Shown: positions 27,061 through 41,315, counted from the first letter of the stretch. The stretch is DNA of 64,000 nt from Octopus vulgaris (GCA_951406725.2 OX597828.1:38626001-38690000); one strand, 5' to 3'. Notes: generated by a model not told the origin, from the sequence alone. Program-made: numbers and translations.

Positions 27061-27789
27061 CCATACAGTGAGTTTGAACCCAAAACCAGATGGTTACAAA
27101 ACAAGCTTCTTAACCGTGCAGCCATGCCTAACCTTTACAGTTGGTGGGGGGGGGGAGATACTGCCTGAACAGCTACTAAACATAGATGAAACACAAGCAA
27201 AGGAAGTGATCATCAAGACTATTGGGAAATACACGAACTCATAGACGGACACTGGCATTTTTTGAAGTAGGTTAAAGATTTGTATCACATCAATGAATAA
27301 TGTGTAACGTAGTTCAGTTCACTGTCCATCTAAGTTTAAGGGGAAATACAAAGGACAACAATATCCCGTTCTGACGTAATCGGATAAATAATCAGGAGTG
27401 GTCTTATCCATTTTATTCCACTTCATTTCCTGCAGATTCACTCTGTAACACTTAAAAAGGAAAGGGCAAGTAGTGTGAAGAAGTGGAGGAAAGCAAGAGG
27501 AAGAGAAGTTTGTAACAGGTTAAGTCCTTGGAATGTCATTGTGCTTTTAGAGAATCACAAAAGCAATTATTCCACATGCAAGAAACTGTGACCATATCTC
27601 CCTCAAATATTTCCCTACTGCTTTAAAAGTGTTTAAATATATGTAGAATAAATTGATACTGAATATGATATGCAAAAAAAAAAATAGTTGGAATAGACAC
27701 TGCCAGAATGCTGGTCAAATGATAAAATCTTCCCACGCCATGTGCAAATGCCATCAGAGAACAACTAAATTACAATTCTACATGAAGTG

Positions 27790-28400
27790 GGCTTTAGAAC
27801 CACCACAAAGTCTTCATATCACTAACACAAACTCTTGACAACATTTTTCAGATAAGCCAGAAAAATCATGACTTCACAGGACTATAATTCACTCACAAAA
27901 ATAAACTATGAAAACATGACAAAAAAAATCTAAATATTCTTCAATAGAAAAGGCATTAAAAACACTTTTATGAAACTAAAAGATTACATCATCACTCACA
28001 TCATCCATGTAATAATTCTGGAAACACGAGACACCAACCAATCCAAATTATAAATTATATTCAATTCTAACCATTAATCTCCACAACAAACCATAATGAA
28101 TACAAAGAACAAAAAAAAAACAGAACATTAACAGCTTGTACCAACAATGAACCTGTAGCCCACCAATCCAACATAGTAAAAATACTAAAAATAAAAGATA
28201 CCTGAACATGCAAACATCAGTTTTTTAGCCATAGCAAGCTTCACTCACTTCTACAGTGCATGACGCTACATATACTCAAAGAGATATACAACACCATAAT
28301 ATAAAAAAGACAAGCATGAGAAACTCATAGATCCGAAAAACAGCTACAACATGAATTAAAAGAGGAAATAGTGTCACTGGCACTAAATACGTGCTGAAAT
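27790..28400 (+). mobile_element. Possible highly decayed Penelope-like coding remnant
   Basis: A-rich strand with HQSNIVKILK resembling the PLE RQPxNLxxIL linker; weak. Confidence 0.25.
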
Positions 28401-30711
28401 ACACCACCAATAATAAGTGCAGAGGTATGGCAACCATCACACACTGTCAGTTTGTGTTTTCCACTTTTAATGTGGCCATCACAAAAATCTATGGACATAA
28501 TGGAACATACTGGGCAATGGAGAGACTATGATGTACAGTATAGTCTTGAGCTAAGTGGAAATTTAGGCAAACTGGGAATATATGAGTAGCACCCCATCAT
28601 CTAGCCGACTACCAGCATGTAATGAGACTGATCAACCAGTGTTGACCTAGGATACTACAATTCTATGTATGAGACAAGGAAGCCTCAACTCAGTTGCTTG
28701 ACATGCTAGAAATAACAGTGAAACCGCCCTCAAATCACACCCTACCATTTTAAAAGAAAAGAAATAACACCACATTGAAATACAGTTTACCATCATAAAA
28801 AAGTGAAAGTAAATCGTCCTAAAACATGTAAAGTAAAATGCAATAGAAACCAGAAGAGACAAACATCTTGTAATTTACATAACTTATGTATATAACAGAT
28901 ATATTTAATATAATATGAAAACTGTATTCTATACAAGATGAAAACAATCACTTTTGCAGGGGAAAATACAGTCAACAATGCAGAAATGAGATTCATGAAT
29001 AGATCTTCAAAATCTTTAATTTGTTTCAACACACATGCTAATGAAGACATGGCATAAATAAATCATCACTAGTCCCACACTGTTACCTAAGTTGCATTTT
29101 GACAAGCATCCATTACCCATCTATAGCCTGTGTATGAATACTGTCATCATCTGGATCAATAAAATTGAGTGAACAGCAGACGACTTCATGAGTACAAAAG
29201 CTGCTGTGATCCATATAGGAAGCCCATCCATTGGATATCCAACAGGTTTATGAAATTCTGTTGTGTCACTATCATCACTGCCAATCTCTATCACAATTTA
29301 CTTTCATTTTTCTTTCTTGTTTTTTGCTAGGAAAATTTGCTTTCGCTTTTTTTTTTTATGATGGCAATCCACATATATGGAATCAGGAATGATCCAGAGT
29401 TTAAAACACACAAAGCCGTTGTCATATCAAGCCTGTAAAAATGGTGGCTGTTGCTTAATATAATGACCTTCCCATGTCTAAAAACATATCTGATTTAAAC
29501 TGAAATTTAAAATGTTTTTTCTAACAAAAAGAAAGGACAAAATACACAAACATATAAAGGAAATAGCTTTAAAAAAAAATACATAGACATGCATGCCTAC
29601 ACACATATCTAGGCCAGAACAGAGAGGTGGTAGATGTACTAATCGGTGGTAGAACAGTAAACTTCTTATAAATTGCCTTTTTTTATTGTTATGTTACTTT
29701 ATTGTTGGCACATCCTGTAGGTACATGTATGTATATCTGTAACCCAAACATAAATCATACAATGTATTTAGTTAGTACTGATTACTAAAATACTTAACAA
29801 GTCACTTGAAATGGAGCCTACATTTCACATCTGTTCAGGAACGGTTATTATCAGCTTTGTACAAACCTACACACATGCATCACAATACAAAGACCGCCTA
29901 AAATCTGATATGCAAAAAGGTGATATTCATGTGGAAAGTCGAGGAGGTGGGGTTAAACGCAGTTGAAAGGACAAAGTGGAACCAAAACCAAAAAAATATT
30001 CAATGAGTCTAAGTCCCAAGTGTTCTGAAAAGTAGCACAGAAAACATACAAAACATGAAATGATCCACAAGGAAGGAAACCTCATAAACCTTAATAACCA
30101 CTTCAGATGTTCAATTTGTAATTGAGTTAGATTTCCTAAGTCTATTCATATTGGCTGCTTTGAGTCTCCAGATTACAACTACTACTAACAATAACATCCA
30201 GCACCTTGGGCAAGGTTCTTCTACTTTATAGCTCTAGGCCAACCAAAGTTAGGAAACCAAAAGACGACGGTCATTTTATATAGGTAATCTGAAAGAGACA
30301 TGTCTGTACACAGTACTAAATGTCATTATTCTGCAATGTATCTAACTGAGAAGAGACATTTATGTTGTAGTTGCAAGAAAGGCTAGTAATTATCATGTGC
30401 TGGGATGAAATCTCATCTTTCTTCTGCAGTTCGTTAGCAAGCAATGGTCATACTCATTCACTGAGTGGGTTACCAAAATACATAACTTTCCCTTTTCTCA
30501 GATGCCACTTTGATATCTCATAAAAATTGTGCATCTAATGTAGGTAACTTTGCTCAAAATATCTGTAATCTCAACATCCTTGACCTCAAAAATAAAATGA
30601 AAATTAAGTGATAGCTAAAACTATCATTTACACACTTCTTAATCTTTTCTATGTCACAACACCTCGAGGAAAAGTTTGGCAAACTTTCACACCCCAACAA
30701 CAGTAATACTC

Positions 30712-31052
30712 TTTTTACTCTTTTACCGCCTTTAGTCGAGCAAATCGACCCCAGGACTTATTTTATCGGTCTCTTTTGCTGAACTGCTAAATTACGGGGA
30801 CGTAAACACACCAGCATTGGTTGTCAAGCAATGTTGGGGGGACAAATACAGGCACACAAACATATACACACACACATACATATATACAATGAGCTTCTTT
30901 CAGTTTCCGTCTACTAAATCCTCTCACAAGGTTTTGGTTGGCCCAAGGCTATAGTAGAAGGGCACTTGACCAAGGTGCCACACAGTGGGACTGAACCCGG
31001 AACTATGTGGTTTGTAAGCAAGCTACTTACCACACAGCCACTCCTATGCCCA
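30712..31052 (-). mobile_element. Family A SINE
   Basis: Reverse-orientation copy with small internal deletions. Confidence 0.88.
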
Positions 31053-31233
31053 TGCTTTGCATACCAGGAATGTAAATGAGAAAGTCAGTTTTCTAATAAT
31101 AAATTTATTTAACAAAACAATTTAACATATCCACATGCCGTAATATGGGTGAATGATTTTTCATTGACAAATGTAAAATAAAGTTCTCGGTGTTATTAAA
31201 GGAATAAAGTAATTAAGAATTGCTTAAACATTA

Positions 31234-31378
31234 CAGGTTTGCATGAAATACAGTAGGGAATGTATCCATTATGTAAACTTTTCTCAGTTGAAGCATTTCA
31301 AAAATAGCTTTGAAATGATTTAACTGAGAAAAGTTTACGTAATGGATACATTTCCTATTATACACCATGCATACCTGA
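31234..31378. repeat. About 145-bp imperfect palindrome (MITE-like hairpin)
   Basis: AATGTATCCATTATGTAAACTTTTCTCAGTT pairs with AACTGAGAAAAGTTTACGTAATGGATACATT; outer CAGGTTTGCATG/CATGCATACCTG. Confidence 0.85.
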
Positions 31379-31976
31379 AACATATGTAATAAACAATTTC
31401 AAAATATCTATTTGGTTTGATTTCATTATTACAATTAATACAACCCAATGCCAGTACAAACTAACCAGTTTTGATTCCACTAATGCAGATACTCTAATAA
31501 TGATTTGTTACATTTGGCTTGAGTCTAACATTTTGGTACTGTGTACCACTTCTTAGTGTAACAGGATATATTTTTTCTGGAAAGCAATTTCAATAAAGTA
31601 AATACTTTCCAGCATTGTTGCAACCTGAAATGGTGTTGCATTCCCAAGAGAGGTACAAGCACTCCAACTTTACATTCAATAAAATATTCAGAATTACTTT
31701 TGTTATAGAAAGTGAAAGAAAAATACCTAAATATAAGCTATTATTTTCCAGTTCATTTGTTACAAGATTGCCTGGATCTTTTATTTACAACTTTTAAGTC
31801 AGCCAAACATGACTCAAAGATGTGCTAGACTCATTTCAATATTACTTCTACCACGTATACAACAGGAAAAACAATCCAAACATTTCCAGAAATTCCAAGT
31901 TTATAAAATTATATTAATTTAATTCACTTTAGAAACCACTTCTGTAAAATTATGCATTCTTCATAATGTATGCAAA

Positions 31977-32146
31977 CATCCAGTGTTAGATATTTATCTC
32001 TTTAATGCCCACAGGGGGATAAACAAAGAGGGGACAAACAAAGGGATTAAGTCAATTACACCGACCCCCAGTGCATAACCGGTACTTATTTAATTGACCC
32101 CCAAAAAGAGGAAAAGCAAAGTCGACCTCATCCAGTGTTAGATATT
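31977..32146 (-). mobile_element. 5'-truncated family B SINE with an 18-bp target-site duplication
   Basis: CATCCAGTGTTAGATATT at 31977-31994 and 32129-32146 flanks the SINE 3' half. Confidence 0.9.
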
Positions 32147-32850
32147 GGCTGCTACGTCGCTCTCGTTTTATATAACAGATCATGGAGATTCTGAATACAA
32201 ACGTTCAACTCATAACTAACTTGTTCTGCGTTTAATTTGCAGCAAGTGCTAACATGCTACCTTAAATGAAGTGAGGTGTGTTATGAATCAAATCTATTCA
32301 TCCACATAATGAATCAACACCCAGCGGATTTTCTCCGAATATATAAGGGTGGCAATCTGGCAACAGATTTGTTAGAATGTCGGATAGAATGCTCTGAGAT
32401 ACTTGTTCTGAGTGAGCTGTAATGAAATCCGCCAAGGTCAACCAGACGAGTACTGAAGTCGACGGTGTCAACTAACTAATCCATCTGCCAAACTTTAGAC
32501 CTTGCACCTATGTTAGAAACACACAGACAACCACACATTATTTTGGTCGAGCCAGTCTCTTGCTACTCCGAGTTACACCTGTAGGTATACAAGATCTTCA
32601 GAAAATTACACACAAACAAATATTAATAAAACAAAGTACGTGCGTGTGTGTGTGTGTGTACTAAATTATAGATTTACATTCGAAGTGTGCCTATCATTTT
32701 TTAAATCTTTATTTCAGGGCGCTCTAAAGTCAAAAAAAAAGATAGACAAACAAGAATTGCCACAGTCCATGAAATGATGTAAAAGTATACGTCTATCCTG
32801 TCGGTGAGAGGAGGGAATAACATTTCACTTCTTGCCTCCGAAGTCTTCAG

Positions 32851-32884
<34 letters not shown>

Positions 32885-34279
32885 ACAATAACTTCACAAC
32901 AGTCACTAACATCATTACTGGCAGGCAAGTAAAACAGCTGAACGAAATCAGCTGAAAAAGAAAAAAAGAATGAAGACAAAGAATGGAAGGAATGCAAATG
33001 CTGAATATTTCAACTGGAGATGAAGAAAAAATACTGGTTTATTATATTGCTTAGAAAAACAGGCTTGTAAGCAAGTGAAGAAGAAGAATATACCACTGCA
33101 GTTTGTGATAGATAAAATGAGTTTACTGAATTATCTCTCTCAAGATAATTCATATCTTGCTTAATTAAAGAGAAAAGAAAATAGCACAGCGAAGTTGAGA
33201 AGTACTTATACGCGATATAGAACAAATAAGGCAAAGGACTTTTTTTCTTTTCTTTTTTTTTGCATTCTATTTAGCTTACAATCGACATTAAATCTAGAAG
33301 CCGTTACTGTTAATGTGGTGTTATCGTTTAGCCCCAGGTCATCCTTGATCAAACAGTCCTATGATTAAAGGCGATCCAGCCAGGACCAAATAGGCGATTT
33401 ATTCGAATGTCATTAATAGCAGATCGAGCGATCGCGTAGCCGATTCTTCGTTAGCTTTCATCGAGAATAAATAATCAAGGTATTCTAGCTGCGACCATTC
33501 CGTCAGACAGCACATCCATGTCTGCATTATCCAATGTCTTTCTTAAAGACGGTAAGATGTGATTTTAGAAAGACTTGGCTGCTATTTCCAGTAGGTTAAA
33601 ACGTCGACGTAGAGCTCGATTTCATATTTCATCGACCACGAATCAGGGTTACCTCTCTCGCGAAATTCCAATACAAAATCGTGAAATACTTCAATAGAAT
33701 ATTTCATATAAAGCATTATTCAGTCTAGCTGCAAAGGAACTAAAACTACATAATGTAAATACAATGGAGAGGGTTGTAAAATAAATGACTGGTAGTTTTG
33801 TACATCTACCACGGTGGAATTTGGACTGATTGGATTTGAACTAGATAGGGTGAGGTTTAACATTATTAATGAGAAGACAGCTCGTCTTTATCATAATTAG
33901 AATGTCCTCGGATTAAAAAGCAGATAACTCTCTTTACGTTCAGTGATGAACGGGAAAGAAAAAAACGAAAGAGAATGAAGAAAAGCAATGAGATGAAAGT
34001 CTTAGGACGAGGAATGGGAGAGAGAGAGAGAATAAATTGGAGGAGAAAAAAATAATGGATATCGAATTAGAGGAGGACGAATAAGAAAAGAATTACTTAA
34101 ACATTACTGCATATTTGACGAAATAAACAACGGAAAGTAGGTGAATGCAACATCCACCATTATTGGTGCGTGTGTACTAGTGCCAACGACCAGTCAAGAA
34201 CTAGTTTCGATTTTTGGTCGTCGTTGTCACATGCCCTTGAGAGGAAGATGGAAATAATAATCCTTTTTCGCCCCCGCTT

Positions 34280-34468
34280 TTATTTATATGTGTATATATA
34301 TATATATACATACACGTGTGTGTGTGTATATGTATGTGTGTGTATACATATATATATACACACACACAAATATATATATATATATATATATATACATACA
34401 CAAATATATATAATATATATATATATACACACACAAATATATATATATAGATAGATAGATAGATAGAT

Positions 34469-34505
<37 letters not shown>

Positions 34506-34865
34506 CATACACACACACACTATTTCATTCGGTGGTACAGTTTTCTAAGTAGCAGGAAATCCTGAGCTTGGGCAAAATAAATGTACGAATGTTCCAAAAC
34601 TGCGAGGAGTACATCTTATGTATAAAACGAAGATGATAAAATTCTGTACATGTAAAATTTTACAAGGAAAAGATCGACGGTGACTTCGAAGTCTCGTCTC
34701 ACTGATTCGAAATCACTGTCAATCGTTTTCTCTTTTAAAAAAAAATGTTACTCAGCAAAAAAGTATCAAGTGATCCTTCAGTTTAACGTTTAGTCATTTT
34801 TATATTAAAAAAAGACGGTAAAGACAATAAACACACACATTATATATATATATACACATATATAT

Positions 34866-34902
<37 letters not shown>

Positions 34903-35059
34903 TATATATACACACATAGGATCTTTTCACATATATACACACACACACATATGTATACACACATAGGATCTTTTCACATATATACACACACACACACATA
35001 TATATATATACACACACACACATATATACACACACACATATATATACACACACACACAC

Positions 35060-35093
<34 letters not shown>
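34280..35093. repeat. Two compound (TA)/(CA)/(GATA) microsatellite blocks (34280-34520, 34840-35093)
   Basis: Direct reading. Confidence 0.95.
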
Positions 35094-35094
<1 letters not shown>

Positions 35095-35924
35095 GATGCT
35101 ACTTTACATTAAACGAAATCCTATCTCAGCGACTTGTATACACAAACACAAACACCTGCTAACCGCTGATAACAGATGAACAATGATAATAAACCGACAT
35201 AAATACATTGAATGTATGTGTGTGTGTATATGAGAAATGGAGGGGGGGTAGCAAAGAAGGAAAGAAGCTACATCTCTCTAAATAATGGAATGAAAAAAGC
35301 CAAATATGATTCAACTACGGGTGGAGAATAAAGACGAGATATTTTTGTTTTTCCGTACATTTTGGTAGAAAACCAGAAAGTCGTAAGGAGATGGGGTGTG
35401 CACGGTTAAATCAATATTCAGTTATTTTATTTCATCGTCCCCCACCACCTATGATTGTAAAATGATAGGTAGTATGTTCGTGTTTCGTTGGTCCTACGGC
35501 AAACCACTTTTCACAAGTGTTTCTAATATAAACACATGGCCGGAAATTCGCAGAGAGAGAGGGCTAGTTGAATAAATGACTGGTTATTGATTTTATTTGG
35601 CGCGGGAGGGATTTAAAAAAAAAAAGAAAAGCAGAGGTAACCTCGGACACCGAACATAAAGAGCCTGAGAAGAAAAATGTACGAGGTAATTTCTGCGACA
35701 TCTCCTTGCGTAATTATTTACGATTTCGATACAAGGCTCGCAATTTTGAGAGAAGAGGCTTAGTCGAGACTTTCTTGAAGTACAGAAATACCCTCAAGGC
35801 ATTTTCCCTGACGATTCCGCCAACTCGAATCCACGCATAATTGATGGTTTCAAATCTTAAGGGGGGTGAGGGTAAATCGATCACGTTGACCACAGTGTTC
35901 ATCTGGTACTCTATTTTATTAATA

Positions 35925-36135
35925 CCTATTTCTTTATTACCACAAGGGGCTAAACACAGAGGGGACAAACAAGGACAGACATAGGTATTAAGTCGATTAC
36001 ATCGACCCCAGTGCGTAACTGGTACTTAATTTATCGACCCCGAAAGGCTGAAAGACAAAGTCGACCTCGGTGGTATTTGAACTCCGAACGCAAAAAAGCA
36101 TTTTGTCCGACTCGCTAACGATTCTGCTAGCTTGC
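35925..36135 (-). mobile_element. Family B SINE (GTCCCCTCTGTGTTTAGCCCC tail variant), CpG-intact
   Basis: Matches 40265-40485 and 41178-41315; an older diverged copy precedes it at about 35730-35920. Confidence 0.85.
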
Positions 36136-36935
36136 AGTCCTTCCTCTTTACGTAATAAATAATATTAGTCGACTTAATTTGGTCGATGAAACATTGGACT
36201 CCTGCAATGTTATAACGAGTTCAAATGTGCTAGTGGTATGTTTGTTTGGACTTCCGGACTACGTAATTGGACACCAGCTCTTTCAATGTCTACATATTTT
36301 GGCATTGAAACAAAACAGAGCAATCGGGATTGTTGTAATTCTTTTTTGACACACACGTGACTTAGCCACCATCAGATGAAGGCACGGGAAAAGTAATAAA
36401 GTGGATGATAATGTTAAGAAAGTGGTGCAAGATAATCCGAAGTACCAGTATGTTGCAGTGAGACAAGGTTACATATTAAGTCAACTGGATGTTATAAAAA
36501 ATGCCGACACCGACAATATCGTTAATACACATACATGTGAAGGTGTATATTGTAAAGTTACCAGTGGACGAAACCAGAAAACAGGTTTCCACAGCAAGCT
36601 GTCATCAATGCCCTTGGGAAAGATAATCGTCATAATGTCTCTTTCCTTGTATAAAACGAGCCCAGATTATACACAAACACTCTCATATATATGTGTGTGT
36701 GTACGCGTAAACGCAAATATATTTATCCATGTCCACAGTGCGTGCGTGTGTGTGTGGATAGATGGATGGATGAAGCAAAAAATAATAAACAGAGAACAGC
36801 CGTGGTGAGGTGTAGTACATGATTGCATATTTCTACTACTGTTATGTAACAATTTGGGCATTTTGCTGAAACGCGTGTATAGCCTATAAAGCATAGAATA
36901 CCACACCTGTTTCCTGAATGTTGTTGTTATTTATA

Positions 36936-37365
36936 AGGCGGCGACAAGCTTGGCAGAAACGTTAAGCACGTCGGGCGAAATGCTATGCGACACTTCGTCC
37001 GTCCCTACGTTCTGGGTTCAGATTCCGCCGCGGTCGACTTTGACTTCCATCCTTCCGGAGTCGATAAATTGAGTACCAGTGCAACACTGGGGTCGATGTA
37101 ACCAACTAGTCAGGCCTTGAGCCTTTAGTAGAAAGTATTATTATTAGAGAAGTGAGCTGGCAGAATCATGAGCGTACTGGACAAATACTTAGCAACATTT
37201 CGTCCGTCTTCACATTCTGAGTTCAAATTCCACCGAGCTCATCATTGCCTTTCATCATTTTAGGATCGATAAATTAAGTACCAGTGGAACAGTGGGGTCG
37301 ATGTAATCGACCAGTCCTCGTCCCCAAAATTTCAGGCCTTGTGCCTTTAGTAGAAAGGATTATTA
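36936..37365 (+). mobile_element. Two tandem family B SINEs, CpG-intact
   Basis: Head-core-tail repeated twice, each ending TAGTAGAAAG.ATTATT. Confidence 0.88.
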
Positions 37366-37844
37366 TCTGGATTGTATTCTGCACACTCGCCTTTCCCGAG
37401 GTTGATGTACCGCGTTGTATCGAACTGGATACACGAGTGGAAGTGACACCCACAAATGAGCCCGATACCTGGTTGCGTGTTGCACTTTACAGTGCTCCCT
37501 TTTTGATTACACACACACCTCAGTAGAAAACAAAACAAAAAAAAACTGTGTAGCAAGACAAAAAAAAAAAGATGGAAGCTCCATTCAATTCAAAGATCAC
37601 AACACACACACATCAACGAAAACAGATAACATTCATAGTTTGGCTCTGATAAAGAACAGCCACTGTAGTATGGGAAAAGGGTCGTTTCCAAGAGATATAT
37701 TTCAATAAACATTTAGTTTCTGTCAGAAAACCCTTCACTATTGAAATGCGAATGTATTGTGGGTCATAATACTTGGCGTATTAGTGGTCAAAATATGTTA
37801 AAGTCATGATACCTGTTATACGAGTGTCATGATATCAATAACTG

Positions 37845-38072
37845 TTTTCTAATATAGGCACAAGGTCAGAATTTTGAAGGAGGGAGTAAGTTAATTACAT
37901 TGACGCCAGTTACATGTCCATTGCTTTCCTTTCCTTATTTTATCGATCTCCGACCGACCCGGAGGAATGAAATACAAAGTTGATATTGGTGGGGTTTTCA
38001 ACTCAGAACGTAAAGGGCCTGAATAACTACTAAAGGACATTCTTCAGATGCTCTAACGATTCTGCCAGCTTT
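37845..38072 (-). mobile_element. Diverged family B SINE
   Basis: GGCACAAGG..TTTTG tail through CTAACGATTCTGCCAGCT head in reverse orientation. Confidence 0.7.
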
Positions 38073-39409
38073 TAATAAACAAACATTTCACAGAGGGAGG
38101 TCAAGGGGAATGGAAGGCTGAACAACAGAGGGCCTTCAGAAAAGAAGCCCTCCGCATGAAGGTATTCCGGCCCTTAAACTCCTTACACTTGAAGGGGGCG
38201 GGGCCGCATCCAGGTCATGACTTTTGGATACACCTCTGTTTTCACATTCTGTGTCACTGTCTCATAACAATCCTGGATGGCTAAGGTGCCCCAGATCCCA
38301 AGTTTCTTGATGTCATGACCAGTTCATTGGAATACACCTGCTGACTAAACGAAATGATACATGCATCTAAGAGAAGTGACTACAGGTGAAATGGCTGGGA
38401 GTGTCAGAATGATTTCATTCAGAAACTAACTTATCTCTGCAACACTTCACGAGTACACTACTAGTGAATAAAAGTTTCTAAGACATAATTTCAAGATTAA
38501 TTTACCGCACGCTCAGAACGAACACGTTTTACAGAATTATTCCAGTTAATTAAGATTTATTTATAGTATTATTGCTGTATGTATGCCATATCAATACCCT
38601 ATATGGACAGGACTGTTTCTCAATGCAATATTACCTGTGGTCAAAGAATTCTTTTCATCAACCATGGCACATCGATAACATCATCATCCAAGATGCCCTT
38701 GGTTTTTTTTTAAAGACGGTAAGGTACGATTTGAGAGCGAAATTTGGCTGTTATTTCTAGCAGTCCGAGCGACAGTGTATGTTTAATTGTTGGCTCGGAA
38801 GCAAGAAAGCTGAGATTACGAGACACGACAGAGGGGAAGTGAGATACCTGTAACCGAGAATCGCAGCAATCTCGGTGGGTTTTTTCACTTGTCTATTTTT
38901 AAGTTATACACTTTTTTTTCTGTCATAAGAGAAGGCTAAATAGCCAACAGAATCAACCCCCTCGTATTTAAAAGAGGTACTCATTGACTATCACATTCAC
39001 ACTCTCACTACTTCATCTGAGATAGACCGACCGAATAAAAGGTACCTTCAATATCTCAAGTACAACTTTATACATTCTGCGCTAATTCTTTCTTACCAGC
39101 CATTTAATACATTCTTTCGTCAGACAGAATAAATAACCTTGAAAAAGCCATGAACTCCGCGAAATCTCGTTTCACTTTGTCAACGCGTTTGAAACATTTT
39201 AAACTTACATCAACTCATACAAATCGAAATTTTCTAAGGACATGATTTAAAAACAAATCGATTGAAACGACATATATGTGCATGTATACGTGTGTGTATG
39301 TATGTATATATATATATAAAATTAATTAAGGGTAGAAATTGATATTAGTCAATTAAAAACCAGTGGTCTAGCATATTAAAAAGAATCCGAAGATTAAAAT
39401 ATTTTTACA

Positions 39410-39566
39410 TACAAATTAAGGACTGAACACGAAAAGTGGACAGTCTTGTTTAATGCTTTGGTTTTGTACTGAGTTTTATTTGAGAACATACTCTTTGTGG
39501 AGAATGGCGATTTGACGTCTATATCTAGCATGTTGACTGTCCACTTTTCGTGTTCAGTCCTTAATT

Positions 39567-39572
<6 letters not shown>
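39410..39572. repeat. Inverted repeat embedded in (TA)n
   Basis: TACAAATTAAGGACTGAACACGAAAAGTGGACAGTC and its reverse complement at about 39536-39571; related to 47954-48110. Confidence 0.85.
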
Positions 39573-39648
<76 letters not shown>

Positions 39649-40264
39649 ACTGGCAACTTGTCACCGGCGTGAACTGAACTCAAAACAGTGAGATAACAAA
39701 CACTGCTTCACAAAAATGTTTTGCGCCCGAAAAATGTTTTGCCATATTGAGAAATCCCTTTCCCATGGAAGTCAGAGGAAAGTTAATTTCACGTTACGGC
39801 AAAATTTTCAGGAACGCGAACACAAATCATAATGGTTGGGAATGCTTCGAAAGAGACACAAATGCTTGGAATGTTAGGGGAGGAGTAAATGGCAAGTTGT
39901 TAGTTTGGATATTTCTTTAAATTTAATAGCAGAGTTGAGTAAAACTGGATCTGTCAAGGAACGAAATCATGACTTCTGCTAAAACACAGCAGAAAAGAAT
40001 TCCACCCCCACTTTAAATCAGCCGGTTAAAAAAGCGTATTTGGCGGAGATAAAGAATACGTACACCTCCCGTTTTCGGCGTAACAAAAACCCCTAACCCC
40101 AAACACCGAGTGTACTTATTGTATACTTTCGTTGTGTATTTAACACAGCGTATTTATTTTAAAAAATCGTATTAAACACATCCAAAAGCACGTATGTACA
40201 CACTTTGATACACACAATTCCGAAATTGATGGGAAAAAAAGCGAAAGAACTCTCAATGTATATA

Positions 40265-40485
40265 TTTCTTTACTACCCACAAGGGGTTAAACACAGAGGA
40301 GACAAACAAGGACAGACAAACGGATTAAGTCGATTACATCGACCCCAGTGCGTAACTGGTACTTATTTTATCGACCCGGGAAGGATGAAAGGCAAAGTCG
40401 ACCTCGGCGGAATTTGAACTCGGAACGTAACGGCAGACGAAATACGGCAACGCATTTCGCCCGGCGTGCTAACGTTTCTGCCAGC
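40265..40485 (-). mobile_element. Family B SINE, CpG-intact
   Basis: Near-full reverse copy retaining many CpGs. Confidence 0.9.
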
Positions 40486-41138
40486 GTATAGACTATAGTT
40501 ATACGGTTATTGAATGAAGTGAAACTTTCAACGCCCGAGAAAACGAAAATTCGAGGTAACTCCGAGTAGTGGACGTGAAAAGGCAACAACAACATATTCG
40601 GTGCGTGTGTACATAAATATATGCGCAACTGTATATCGTGATTCCGTGAATATTTTCCCCATCATAGCTGACCTTTTACGTAATAACTCTCGGCGGCTGC
40701 CATACACACACACACACACACATCGCCATGTACTGGAATAATTGCAACTGTGTGTGTATTCTAAAGGCAAATAAAACTTTAAACTGATGTAGCATGTACT
40801 ATAAATAATTCAGAACTGGCTTGGTTGAAGAGGGGATAGAGATAATATAACATATTATAAAACAGATAGGTGCACAGGCGCTTGAATACAATAGCGCTGA
40901 TGCGAAAACGTTTAGGAGTGAAACAGAACAGCTGAGGCTAAGGAATGAATAGATAACTATATATTATATACACACACGTGTGTTTAGTGTCGGAGGAAAA
41001 GGCATTTGGTACCATGAAGTATACATTAATAACATTTTTTTTTTTTTGGTCAAGTTGGGACACAAGAGTACATTTGCCTGAGGATCCAATGTACCCCACA
41101 AGCGAACTCGATAAGAGACTGACTCGACCAAAATAAAA

Positions 41139-41177
<39 letters not shown>

Positions 41178-41180
<3 letters not shown>

Positions 41181-41315
41181 CTTTAATACCCACAAGGGGC
41201 TTAACATAGAGGGAACAAACAAGGACAGACAAAGGGATTAAGTCGACTACACCGACCCCAGTGCGAAACTGGTACTTTGTTTATCGACCCCGAAAGGATG
41301 AAAGGCAAAGTCGAC
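41178..41315 (-). mobile_element. 5'-truncated family B SINE
   Basis: Homology ends at AAAGTCGAC. Confidence 0.85.

Noticed and set aside
38090-38240. GC-rich MITE with CAGAGG/CCTCTG ends
   Set aside because: Terminal repeat too short and no clean target-site duplication.
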